In this document: positions 12,691-25,799 of the stretch, piece by piece
Position numbering within the stretch: position 1 is the first letter of the stretch
Layout of the letters: the number at the start of each line of letters is the position of its first letter
From: Octopus vulgaris
Taxonomy: Eukaryota
Assembly: GCA_951406725.2 (NCBI GenBank)
Contig: OX597821.1
Span: 104,284,001 to 104,348,000 of the forward strand
Reading direction: 5' to 3'
DNA: 64,000 nt
Program-made: the position numbers and the translations under genes
Notes under the pieces: model-generated
Database searches by the model: none
What the model saw: only the letters and a program-made list of their open reading frames with translations
Told to the model about the DNA's origin: nothing

Positions 12691-14137
12691 GAGTGTGTTT
12701 GTGTTTATGTGTTTGCGTGCCTACTGTTAGCGCACCAAACAAACACAAGCACAATATACTCACCCACACACATGCATACTTATAAAGATTTTCAGCTGTC
12801 ATGGAAATGGAATTTGACCACAAGAAATGTTAATATCTCCTGAACGTGCAAAAGCAATCGGCAGACACAAATCTCGTACATCCATCGTCACACCGTTTCG
12901 CCAATGCTTATGTATTGATGGAAATATAACATACGAAGGTACTGTGAATAAAGATAGAGTGACTGCGAATATTATGCTAAACCTAGAAAAATATAACAGT
13001 CGAAAGTCTCTTTTGACAAGAAGATAATATACTTAACTGCTTTGTAGGAGAAATACATAAAATAGGCGTAAAACCCTCTAGAAACTAACAGCAACTGAAA
13101 ATCTTTATAGAAATCGACAGGCTCTACTTAGGATGAGATAAAAGAGGTGGAGGGATAGCTCTAGAATGTAATATAGTCTCTTTCAGAAGGAAAAATAATG
13201 AATACATTAACTTAGTGCTTAGAGGAGAAGAGAATAATATCTACGTGTCGGCGGCTAGGTCCCCGTAAGTATTCCGTTCGTAATGAAGTAATATGAAGCC
13301 CGAAAATAGCTGGACTAAACTACGTCAAAGATATTCTCCTGAATATTTGAAGAAAACTGTATTATTGTCACGGAGCGAAGCGTCTCTTATACTCCTGGGC
13401 GCAACATTATATCACACTTCAAATGCTATTATTTGCAATACAAGTAGAAAAGACTGCTGCGAAATACGTAAGAAATAAAAGTGACAGTGAAACTATTGGA
13501 GCTCCAAGATGCAAACAGAAATATATATTGTGTTATATGTCTGTAAAAGACATCTCATATGTAATTAAGAGACACACAGAAATGACATCGATGCACATCC
13601 TGCCTTTGCGACTCATCGTCGTCGCAACGCCATTCGGAAATAAAAGACTCCCTTGAAATAAATTCTGTTATTGAGTACATACAGCACAAGGAATACTGGT
13701 GGAATATGCTCATCAAAACATCTACCAAGTCTAAACGTAAAATATCGGTTTTTGTTGTTTGGGAAAGACAAGGAAAAGTATGTGCTGTTATGGAGGTCAG
13801 ATGTCCTGCTAATGTGAATACCTGTTTAAAACTCAAAAAGATAACCCTGGATAACTGCTTCGAAAATCCAGCATCTATGCTTAGATTATAAATTCATATT
13901 TATACAAAAGCAATTGGCGCACTTGGATGTGCGAGTAAACGCCTAAGTGACGTTCTGAATAAGCTAGGGTTTTGAGAAAAGAAAACAACTAAATTAAACA
14001 CTAAATATATAGTCAGTAAGTGGAAGAGTAAAAATGTGCAAGGTTTTTCTGAAGTTCAACATGTGACATTGCTTTTGCTGTCTACATTCCAATGGTGGAA
14101 CGTGTTTTTGTTAGAAACCAGCTACTTCCGCAAGGAA

Positions 14138-14192
<55 letters not shown>

Positions 14193-14349
14193 ACAAACAC
14201 ACACACACAGAACTAAATACATTCGTACATACATACATACATACATTCATGCATACATGCATACATACATGCATACATACATACATGCATACATACACAC
14301 GTACGTACATGCATAAATACATACAAACATGCATATATACATATCCTTT

Positions 14350-14730
14350 ATGTTTTATTTGTTTCAGTCATTAGTAAGTGGCCAAGCTGGGGCACCGCTT
14401 TGAAGAACTTTTTAGTCAAATGTATCGAAGCTAGGACTTAACTATAAAACCTAGTACTTATTCTATCAGTGCCTCTAGCCGAACTACTGCGTTACAGGGA
14501 CGAAAATACACCAACTCCGATTGCCAAGCGGTGGTAAGGACAAAAACAGATACATAAACACACCCACACTCACACACACATATCACATGTATACGATGGT
14601 CTTCTTTCAGTTTCCGTCTACAAATTCCATTTATAAGCCTTTGTTCGGCGCAAGCCTATAGTAGAAGACATTTGCTCAAGGTGCCAGGCAGTAGGAATCA
14701 ACCCGGAAAATGTTGCGAGGAAAAAAACTT
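14350..14730 (-). mobile_element. tRNA-derived SINE, major family (degenerate)
   Basis: CTTCTTTCAGTTTCCGTCTAC and TATAGTAGAAGACA..CAAGGTGCC shared with 16133-16800 and 40912-41318. Confidence 0.8.
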
Positions 14731-14735
14731 CTTAT

Positions 14736-14770
<35 letters not shown>

Positions 14771-15334
14771 ATTTATATAAGCAGCAATTTGCAAGTTTTT
14801 CGACCAAAAGGAGTTCTGTAATTGTCACTAATTGTGAGTAGGCTGTTACGAAACACCCTAGAAATAAGAGCAAACCTCTCTGATACTGTACGTAACGCGC
14901 ATGAATGATACACTGACATTCGTCCGAAATGTGCCGATCGAGATCTCTCTCTCTGACGTCAGTTACAGCAAATTCCGTTGACTGATCAGTTTAGACAGGT
15001 CGAGTGTTCGGCTCTTTCTTGACTGACTTGCTTCGCCATTAGTATTTATATTGTCGTCATCCAAATTTTTGGATGATTTACCTATTCGCTAATGTGTATA
15101 TCTAAAATTAATATAAACGCCTGTTTGCAATGTTTCACCAGAAAGGATAATTATAATTATCAGTAGATGTGCCTAGGGTGTTAGGAAATGCCTATTGAAG
15201 TCAGTATTAAAAATTATCAGTCGGCGCTTTTCGGATAATTAATTCCCTGTTAGTGATTATGTTTTCATTCATGTTCATTAGAGCGGTTTAGTCCTTATTT
15301 CTAGCAATGTAGGTGTTTACCCGAAAGGATTTGA

Positions 15335-15482
15335 GACAACAAAAGTCGAAGACAGGTGGTGTAGACAACAAACAGATGTATTTGTATAACGCCCGGGAAG
15401 TGAACAATTCTTTAACTTTTCGAGCCTAAGCTCTTTCACAGAAAGGAACACAGAAAGAAACAAGGAGAGAAAATAAAGAGAA
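15335..15482 (-). mobile_element. Penelope-terminus-like element next to (TA)n with degenerate hammerhead-like fold
   Basis: Reverse complement: CTTT-CTGTGAAA-GAGC-TTAG-GCTC-GAAA-AGTT-AAAG; second family copy at ~35770-35950. Confidence 0.5.
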
Positions 15483-16132
15483 TATATATATATATATATA
15501 TATATAACTGGCGTCCACGCAGTTTTAATCTATCAAATTCACTCCCAACGCTTGGCGGAAGAGGAGCTACTGTAGGCGTGACTTACCTAGGGTACCGCGC
15601 TGCGCGACCGAACCCGAAAAGCATTTTTCTGCACAGTATGTAATTTCAGCTATACAGTCACACTTGTCAAAACCTGAGCCTCTCATTAGTAGCATCCGAA
15701 TTTCTTTTTTATTTGTGATTTTCATTCTATTTCTATTCTGCATTTTATGTATGTTTACGAGATTGCGAATCATATTTTGCTTTATTTGTTGTAATCAATT
15801 GTTGCTAGTAAAAAAGTGGGACACTAAGCTTAGTAGTTCATATTTTATATAAATCACGTTAGAAGGAGATTATTTGCACAGCCATGCAATTTCACCTAGT
15901 GATAGAGATTTTTTTTCTTACTGTTTATTATAAACATTGAATACATACAGAATATGGAGAACAACGTATGAGAAAAAAGTTATTAAGCTGACCGTGTTGA
16001 TATCTATCATAAATGTATGAGTGAATATTTTGTGAAACTGTGGGTAACTGACATCGATGCGATTGTGGTTGTATATTCAAATCAGTCGCAGATTTGAATG
16101 CCTTGCATATTTAGAAGATTATTTGATAGCCA

Positions 16133-16800
16133 TAGGCGTAGGAGTGATTGTGTGGTAAGTAGCTTGTGGTAAGAACAAGGCAGCGAGCTAGCAGAAACGT
16201 TAGCACGCCGAGCGAAATGCTTAGCAGTATTTCGTCTGCCTCTACGTTCTGAGTTCAAATTCCGCCGAGGTCGATTTTGCCTTTCATCCTTTCGGTGTCG
16301 ATTAAATAAGTACCGGTTACGTACTGGGGTTGATATAATCGACTTAATCCATTTGTCTATCCTTGTTTATCCTCTCTGTGTTTAGCCCCTTGCGGGTAGT
16401 AAAGAAATAGGTAAGTAGTTTGCTTACGAACCACATGGTTCCGGGTTCAGTCCCACTACGTGGCACCTTGAACAAGTGTCTTCTACTATAGCCTCGGGCT
16501 GGCCAAAGCTATGTGAGTGGATATGATAGACGGAAACTGAAAGAAGCCTGTCGTATATATGTATATATATGTATGTGTGTGTATATGTTTGTGTGTATGT
16601 GTTTGTCGCGCCAACATCGCTTGACAACCGATGCTGGTGTGTTTACGTCCCCGTCACTTAGCGGCTCGGCAAAGGAGAGTGTTAGAATAAGTACTTGGCT
16701 TACAAAGAATAAGTTCTTGGTTCGATTTGCTCGACTAGAGGCGGTGCACCAGCATGGCCACAGTCAAATGATTGAAACAAGTAAGTGTAAGTGTAAGAGT
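16133..16800 (+). mobile_element. tRNA-derived SINE, major family, interrupted by a nested SINE
   Basis: A-box-like TGATTGTGTGG, B-box GGTTCAGTCC, internal (TA)/(TG) and repeated GTAAGT tail. Confidence 0.9.
16177..16409 (+). mobile_element. tRNA-derived SINE with LINE-like tail, nested with 13-bp TSD
   Basis: Head GGCAGCGAGCTAGCAGAAACGTTAG, B-box GAGTTCAAATTCC, tail TTGTCTATCCTTGTTT..AAAGAAATA; TSD GGTAAGTAGyTTG at 16154-16166 and 16410-16422. Confidence 0.9.
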
Positions 16801-19800
16801 CATTCTTCATATGTTTCAGTAGAATGCGCTCAGAGGAAATGTTTTTGAAAGTATTTCACAGACAAATATGCAAGTTTGAGTGCTGGGTATTTTTGTCGAC
16901 ATATGTGGTTTGTATTTCCACTCAATCAAATTAATATCTTGTTGATATGAATACATAATGATGATGGTTACTTCAATTCGTCATTAATGCACTAGGGTTT
17001 ATAGTTTTATGTTTGCTATAGTATAGCGATAATGTTTTAGCTGAAAATCGTCGACCCATATTTAGCATGAAAAGGAGTAATGTAAATAATATCAGGTTTT
17101 CTATGATTCACAAATTGTTCCTTTGTTTTGTTTGCAGTAGCTTTCGTCACTTTGCGTTTATAGTTACTATTATCTCTAATTTAGTATTCTTTTTATCGGT
17201 ATATTTGTTCTTATATTATGCTTACACTGACATCAAAACGGTGTGCTTGGAAATGATTTAAAAAAAAATTTAAATACCTACTTTTGCAATTATAGGGCAA
17301 ATGTTTCGCAAGATAAAAAGGAAACGCTGCTTTTCAGAACGAAAATACAAATTTTCATCATTTTTAACACAAAGAATTAAAAAATACCGAATATATTCCT
17401 AAAGATTTTAACACATGACTAAGAATTTTAACAATATTATCACTCTAGTTCACTAGCATTTAAATTTGTCATACTTTAGAATAATTTATAAATTCTAAAC
17501 AGATTTGATATACTGGTTCAGCTCCTCGTCTGAAAAAGCCTGGCGGCACAAAAGTTTCAGTCGGGTGTTGCAAAGATTACGTATCGTGAAATGCAACATC
17601 TTTGTTCCTTCATTTTGCACAACTAAAATTCGGTTCAACGTGCTGTTACACATTCTACTACATTCTACCACATTTTTAATATGCATTTTACTATCTTTAC
17701 TGAATAACTTCGGCTTTTCAAATTTCGGTTTGCAGTAAACATTTTCATTATTTTCCTAAAGAAAACCATTTGACATTCAGTTTCTACTTTCTGCAAATGT
17801 GCGAATACAAATTTTATACTTGATTCACATTTAAGCAAGCATTCACAAACAAAAGTGTTATCCTGTTTGATTTTTCATTTCCCGAACGAAAATAGAATGT
17901 GTTTATATTTATTTATTTGGTTTAGGTGATGGATAACTGAATCTAAGAGCAAATAAATGCTGATATCCGCCTCATTTATTGCAATTGAGCAGTTCATGGC
18001 AAATATTCAAAACTATCATTAAATATACGTAAAATTTTGCACTACAAATTTTGTAACTATACGTCAATGATTTAGATTTATTTGCTTGTTTGTACTACGT
18101 ATGACATTCTCACTTCAAATTTTAAAATAAAACAGTTGATACATCAGCAGAAGCAATGAAACAACAAAAAGCAATAAGAAAATATATCTAAATACAAAAC
18201 AGAGATATTTTTGTTGATTCTTATTCATTACTTTTTGTGTTTGTATTAAAGCGTATAACATAGAAACGGTAACAAACATGAATGATATTCGCGCTTTTTA
18301 TTCAACACCGTGAAAAAATATTTGACAAACCTACTTAAAGCAGTAACGCATAAGAGGTCATTATATCACGTGTATCACGCGATTAGAAAACTTGGAAATA
18401 GAAAAAACGTCTAATAGAAACTTTGCATTGCTATATTAAATGGTAATTTGTGTTCCAAACAGTATTTTAATGGAAAACATAAATGAAATTCTTTGTTATT
18501 TTCACAGTAAACTGCAACAAATGCAGCATATTCCAACTAAAAAATGGTAACGTAAGTGTTGAGCGTATGTTAGAGATTAAATTTATTCAAGTAATACATA
18601 ATCTGCTTGCACTTTTTCTTTTTGTTCAGCCCTAGTTAGTATGGATCCTGAGTTTGTCTTTCTTTTCCTTCCGAATCTTTCACATCTTATATCATTTCCT
18701 GAATATTAATCAGTTTATGATACCATTTCGCTATTTGTTTCTACACTTTCCAATAGTATGTGCATTCCATGGCACAATGTTATATTTGTTTCGGAAACCT
18801 AATACTTATTCTCCAAACACTGGTTATTTGAATGTGCATTACTCAGAATGTATTGTTTACTTCAGTCGTTTCCAAGATATATAATCTTCCGTTCATAATC
18901 TATCTCTCAAGATTTTCACTTCTAAAATATTACTATCAGATACGCACAATGCTTACACTGTACTTTTCATTAAAGATACACCTTTTCTCGGTTGAACTAA
19001 GGTTAGTCGATGGACCTGCACAAACAGTGATTTACAGTATTGCAATTGAAACCATGTTCTCTCGTTTCTAACATGGTCGCTGAGGAAATTACGCTACGGC
19101 CATATTGGCAATGATTTCCGGAAAAAATGCTTAAATATTTGTAGCTTGGGAGGAGTTTCATTGATTCCTTTTTATTGATTTCGTTTTTATTATGGTCACT
19201 TCTCTTTTGTTCATTGTTTCTGATAGATTTTTCCACATTGTTTATTCGGCTTCTCCTCTAATAATATGTGAATGCATTCTCTTTATTGTTATGTGTGCGG
19301 TCGATAATGTATGTTTGCAACATCTAGGGAGCTTGCATGGTCAACATACTCGTTTTGTGCTATTGTTCTGTTTTCTCTGTCTATTTACTTTTGTGATGTT
19401 TTGGCCTTTTCATGTATTGTCAGTACGTTGGGGGTTATTTCCAGCGTTGTTACGGTTCGTGGATTTTGTGTGCGCTAATCACTACATTCTGGGAGTTTAT
19501 CTCTTTTTATTTGGTAAGTTTTTGTTACTGTTTGTCTTTATAGTGATTATACTTTCTATCAGTTGGTCTATTTCTCCTTCCCATGAGATATTATTTTATA
19601 GTTTATTATAAATGTGCTAACATTCGCTAATATATTTAATTTTTGCTTGTTTCTTTTCACTTTTTCTTCTTCGGCATTTACATGTTTCTTTGATAGAGGC
19701 AAGCGTACGACTTCGAGGTGTGCGTGACACACTTTTAACATTTTTATTTATTTATTTATCATCAGCCTTTTATTTTTTGATTTCGTTTTTGCTAACCATG

Positions 19801-21249
19801 CATTACAAGCGTGATATTTTAATGGCAATCAAGAAATGGAGAGGAAACCATGCACAAAGTTCATGTTACGTGTGCTTCGTAGCATTTTCCCAATAAACGG
19901 AGACCATGCAGTTCCACATAATTTTTGATCTGGCAGGCAAATATTTCGCTTTATTGATGTTTATAATTTTCTTTATGGATGATGTATTTTATAGCATTCA
20001 CTTATATTTTCTTTTTAATGAGCGTTTGTTTCACTTACTTTATGTAACCCCTTCTTACACGGTTGTTGTGACTATTTGTTGTTAATTGTTGTTATAAACA
20101 GTATTTTTATGAATAGTCACAAAGTACGCGATAGTATCTCTTTCTGCTTGGTGAGTTAAATTTGCTCTGGGAGTCGATGTATACATAGATATTTACCCTT
20201 CTTGTGGTCACAATGGTTAACCATTTACTTTTAAGTTCATTCATAAATTGTTACACTTCCTTCTCTTCCTTTTCCTAATCTCATTTGCTTTCCCTAAATT
20301 CCCCCTCTCTTTTCTCTCCCTACACCTCTTTTTTATTTGATCCAGTCCCCTTTAGAGTCTGGATTCTTGCAATAACCAGCGGCATCTGTTCAGTGGTGGT
20401 TCTTAACAACTACTGATCGTAACCTTCTCTTACGTTTTCGACTCTTTTCTTTATAGCAGATATTTGAACCGATTCAAGCTAATACTTCTGAAGGCGAATT
20501 TCGGTAACTGGATAGAAAACGACCTACTTTTAATAAGGTGGAATAATTCTCGACCTCAGACATCAAGGATCATTAAAGATATTCCTGAATCATGGAGAGG
20601 CAGGATAATAAATACATGCTCCACATTTTCCAGATCTAGCTCATCACAATTTTTCTTTATTTATTTGTAAAACTATTTAAATCGAAAAATTATGATCAGT
20701 CAAAAGCTACAGAAAACGAATTAAATATAATATAAAATTGAACGACCATATTAAAAATGTTCGGGCACAGATGTCGCCGGAAGGCATTTCGCTGGTGAAA
20801 TAGCTCCTGGCGGAACTCTTCCTCACCGATAATATGCGTAAATCACATTAAGGTATAAATGGCATTATCGGATCATAGGATGCATGCATTTCTCTGCCAT
20901 TTCACGTCGTTAGCTATATGATTCCTGAGCTACGAAAAGCAAAGCTACATTTTCCTTAGACCTACAAGAACAATAGTTCCTCGTTATAAGAACAACAAAT
21001 GTTGCTTATGTACTCTAACGTACGTCAAGCAGGAATTACATTACTGGAGTCCACGAACAATATGTAATTCTTGTTACTAAATCATACAAGTAATTTTTAA
21101 AAGGTGGCATTCAATAATTTATAAATGGATTTATGGATGCGAAATGATGGAAAATATAGAAATGATCTTAATGATCAAATTTGCATTATAAAATATCCTT
21201 GTTGTATATTATAATATAACATGGTTTTATTTCAGCAGTCTTATGTACT

Positions 21250-22100
21250 CGTGCTGTATTTCACTACAGCTCTGTATACGATGGAGACTGGCAGTATTTT
21301 TTCTCACATTTTCTGCCTTGATTATTCTCAGAGAAATCTACATAATATATGTGCTGTGCTTAATAGTAATGTGTCTTTCGATTTGTTGTCCGTATGCTCC
21401 AGTCATCGCCATTTCATTATATATCTCTGTGTATATTTTTACCCTATTCCCAAAGCACGTATTATTCTTGATATTAAATCAGTTTCCAGTTCAGAAAATT
21501 TTCATATTACTTATACCAGATATTTATATTTGTGTACTTTCTTTCTTTGGTTCAGATATACGTATTCTGTCTACTGGAATTAATGCATCGATTAGGTGAC
21601 TTTGTTTCTAATGATCTTTTGAAGTAATGTCGGACGATCTCTGTTAATCTTCCTGTCTGTCTAAAGCGGCATATCCCAGAGCATAACCACTTTGACATTC
21701 TTTATGATAAACTTCTGGCGTGTATTTGAACCATATTTATTCTGAGCGTGTTCCATAATGCTGCCATAACATCTATTGAATTATACATCCAGCTCTGTCA
21801 TGTCTATTTATATACCGGATTTTGGCTAAGCTTCTGCAGCCAGAGACACGTTTATTGATTGCTTTTCTGAGCTTCCAGTTATTCTATGTTGGCCTTTTAT
21901 ACGCCGCTTCAGTAAATATTTTTAGAAGTCTCTTATGGCGATGTTTTGTTCATGTGCAGCGACAAAATACCCTTTAGTCTCTGGCTTGATTCCTGGGTTT
22001 CTGACCCACAGAAAATATCTATTCATTTTATTCTGCCCAGTACGGTAATGTTATTCATAATTTCTCATTTACAGGTTTCATTGTGGAATTCTTTACCATG
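21250..22100 (-). pseudogene. R4/Dong-type non-LTR retrotransposon C-terminal region (zinc finger, RHD, RLE), decayed
   Basis: Manual minus-strand translation: IKPETKGYFVAAHEQ..VSGCRSLAKIRYINRHDRAG..MLWDMPL*TDRKI; several stops and frameshifts. Confidence 0.8.
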
Positions 22101-22324
22101 CAAATGCGTTGCATCTTTTTTAGACAAATCGTTGTTGGATGACATCTCTATTCACGCTTTACACATGATAGAAGAGAGAGAGGCAGACAGACTAAGAGAG
22201 AAAAAGAGTGACAAAAATAGTGAGTGGCCATTAGGGGAACAGGATGATTGCACATAAGAGATTTGGTGAATGAGATAGAGTGAGAGAACCAACTATAATT
22301 CTATGTTGATTGTTATTCTTTTTT

Positions 22325-22622
22325 TTCGTCGTTTTCAAGCCTACCCAGGCTCATGGTTTCCCGGTTTTTATGGCGTATGAGTCCCCCGCCCCCACTGGAC
22401 GGGACGCCAGTACATCGCAGCGTTACTCAAAAAACAGAAAGAAAGAGTGAGAGAAAGTTGGGGTGAAAGAGTACAACAGGGGTCACCACCACCCTTACTG
22501 GGGCCACATAGAGCTTTGTGTTTTTGCTCAATAAACACACACAACGCCCGGACTGGGAATCGAAACCGCGATCCATCGACCGCGAGTCCACTGCCCTAAC
22601 CACTGGGCCATTGCGCCTCCAC
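22325..22622 (-). mobile_element. tRNA-derived SINE (third family)
   Basis: Reverse complement head GGAGGCGCAATGGCCCAGTGGTTAGG (A box)..GGTTTCGATTCC (B box); related copy at 42600-42911. Confidence 0.85.
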
Positions 22623-22851
22623 ATACGAAGGGGAAAATTGCTTCGTCAATTTTATTGTAAAATAATAGTTTTCTTGACGATTTCATAATATTATATAAGC
22701 AGCAGGAAAATTCATAGACGTTCAAATATGATTATTTTATGCATGACATAAATAATTATATAATACATTTAACATCCACAGGATGTAACCTTTGATCGTA
22801 AAACATCAAAATAAATCCTGCAAAATATTATGCCCACCGCTTCGACGTTTC

Positions 22852-23488
22852 TTATTTTTGTACTGCGCTCAAGGGGCTACACACAGAGGGGGCAAACAAG
22901 GACAGACAAAGAAGGGATTAAGTTGATTACATTGACCCCAATATGTAACTGGTACTTAATTTATCGAGCCCGAAAGGATGAAAGGCTAACTCGACCTAGG
23001 CGGAATTTGAACTCTGAACGTAGCGGCAGACGAAATACCTATTTCTTTACTACTCACAAGGGGCTAAACACAGAGAGGACAAACAAGGAGAGACAAAGCG
23101 ATTAAATCGGTTATATCAACCCCAGTGCATAACTGGTACTTTATTTATCGACCCCAAAAGTATGAAAGGCAAAGTCGACCTCGGCGGAATTTGAACTCAG
23201 AACGTAGCGCAAACAAAATACCGCAAAGTATTTCGCCCGGCGTGTTAACGTTTCTTATTTATTTATTGCCCATAAAGGGCTAAACACAGAGAGGACAAAC
23301 AAGGACAGACAAACGGATTAAGTCGATTATATAGACCCCAGTGTGTAACTGGTACTTAATATATCGACCCCGAAAGGATGAAAGGCAAATTCGACCTCGG
23401 CGGAATTTGAACTCAGAACATAACGGCAGACTAAATACGGCTACGCATTTCGCCCGGAGTGCTAACGTTTCTGTCAGCTCGCCGCCTT
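22852..23488 (-). mobile_element. Three stacked copies of the LINE-tailed SINE (22852-23039, 23040-23254, 23255-23488)
   Basis: Three repeats of ACAAGGAsAGACAAA..AACTGGTACTT..GCGGAATTTGAACTC; each tail abuts the head region of the previous copy. Confidence 0.9.
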
Positions 23489-24059
23489 CAACGTTTCAAC
23501 GTTTCTGCCAATCAACAACGTTAGAGTTAAATAATAATGCTTTCTGATTTACACTCAATCCAATAAATTTAAGGTGGGGAGTGACCGATAGCATCCATTC
23601 CATTAGATGACAGTTGCTCAAATTTACCGTCCCTGAAAGACAAAGCTGAACACCCATGAGATTTAAACTTATACAGTATCGTGGCAAATCTCTCAAAGCA
23701 TACATCCGACGGTCGAAAGCTTCTCTTCTACTTCTCTTAAGCAGTATCAGCTTTATCTTATATTATATCTTGGTAATTATTTCACATATATTACTAAGAA
23801 GCCATACGATCTATTTGCTTCATTTCTAATTGTTCACGTAACAATTATATTATTAGCAATGATATAGCTATTCCAATTTATCAGATGTACGGAAGCAAAA
23901 TATTTTAAAACAAAATATTCTTAATAGTGTCTCAACGCACTCCATTATTCCTCTTCTTTCAGCTAACATATCAATATCTTCTGTTGCCAGCATATGATGA
24001 ATGTCAGTAACATAAAACTTTAATTTAAACTAATCAACAATTGCATATTATCTGAAGGA

Positions 24060-25246
24060 TATTAACCCAACACGGTAAAGTGTATACGAAGAAATATACC
24101 TACATCGAAGAATTTAATTGAAGGACACAGAATGAGTTGTATTAATCAAACCGTTTTATGCGTACAATTTCTAATTGCCAACAGGGTCCTTTTGTTGGTC
24201 AGTAATAGAAATTCCGGCCATAGAAGTGAACCTAAATGAATTGTACATGATCACAGATGCGATCATTCCCCCAGAAGACATCAGACTACGAGTAGTGGTA
24301 GAAGGCAGACCACCAACATGTTACATATGGGGTCAAAAGCGGGCACTTGAAGACAAGTTGCCCCTAGAAAGAAAACAAACTGGAGGAGCAGAAACAACAG
24401 AGTACTTAAGGGGTGGTGCCGGAAAGAGAGAAAGAGTGGAGGAATAATTCACGGTCGTGAATAGAAGGAAAATGAAGAAATGGTTGAGCCCTCCACCAAG
24501 AGAACCAGAAAAATGAAGGAGATTGAGATGAAAGAGAAAAGGAATAGGTTCGAGACACCAGCAGAATCCAGAATGGAAGGTAGAGTGGAATGGTAAACAT
24601 CATTACAGCACGATGTGGAAGGCTTTGATATTGACGTTTATTTTGGTGCATCAAGAAAGGAACCAAGTGGAATGACTCGCTCGGACAGCCCAGGTCCGTC
24701 GCTGAAGCAGACAGATGTTAAAAAGTGAAAAAGTAGCATGTGGTCACATATGCCAAAGTACGGCAATCGATCGGAAGATCATGAAATTTAAATCGATTAT
24801 AAGAGTAAGGTTGCCACAAAAGACCAAGGGAATAATTACTGACAAGGAGAGATATGAGAAAATGAAAGAACTGTTCAGAAGCAGTATAGACCCGTTATGG
24901 ATAGAAATTGAAATCGACGAATTACTACCGGTTGTGGAGTTTGAAGATTTGAAACCCTTAATGAATTGTTAAAGAAGAGTAAAATAATAAAAAAAAAATG
25001 AGAGTGAAAATAGACTTTCAAACTAAAACAAACGATACTAAAAAAGAGTAAGAATGATTTGTTAATTTGTATAATTTAACTGCTAAATAATACTGCTTGA
25101 GAATGGGACTCAATGCAACCATTTCATCATCATTAATTTTACTATTCTTAAACATCTTTCATTTTATGTTTTTGTCCTCACTGTGGTTTTCTGTCTGTCC
25201 TTGTGCTCTTCTCCTCTATGTTATGGCCTAGGTGCCAAATAAAGAA
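24060..25246 (+). mobile_element. ORF1-only (HAL1-like) derivative of the Tx1/L1-group LINE, decayed
   Basis: RLRVVVEGRPPTCYIWGQK, frameshift, GHLKTSCP matches LINE ORF1 LRVQVEGRKPTCYACGKKGHIPVHCP; ends TGTCTGTCCTTGT..AATAAAGAA about 0.9 kb later; no ORF2 motifs seen. Confidence 0.7.
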
Positions 25247-25799
25247 TTACAGTAATAGAAATTATATCCATATATAAACCTGAGTTATATTATATTTTCG
25301 ATTGGATTGTTATATTTTTTTTGGGGGGGGGGGCATATGTTTCGTGGGATAATAATGTTGGTGACCAATAGGATACATGTCACTACTCATATGGAGATTT
25401 ATTTTTTTTTATATCAGTCTTCACTCATTTAATGTTTTTTTTTTCAATTACAGGGTGACGGATGTCATGTTCCCATCCGACACTTTGTGTAAAATATTAA
25501 ACAGTTTGTCGGGTAATTTCTTGGAATCGACTGTCATTGCTAGTTTTATTTCTAACCTCAAGTCAAATTCTTCAATATGTGTTCATTCCCACTATGGAAT
25601 TGTATATTCCAAATTCCTTTATGTAACAGGTAATGCTCTAAGACATAAGTGTAAGGATTTTCACATAAAAGAAATTAGGTAGACTTCGCTTTTCCGATTA
25701 TATAAACAGAGCAACAATTCGTGTTTCGAAATCTATTTCCACACGTTAAGCTTTCGAATTCTGTGTTATTAATCCATGGTCTCCTTTATGTTATGATAT

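Noticed and set aside
19100-19620. Possible second Penelope endonuclease remnant on the minus strand (KQCGKIY-like)
   Set aside because: Too decayed to support by eye; needs a profile search
22547-22622. tRNA-like sequence with A and B boxes
   Set aside because: Continues into a SINE body and has a diverged second copy at ~42835-42911; SINE head rather than tRNA gene
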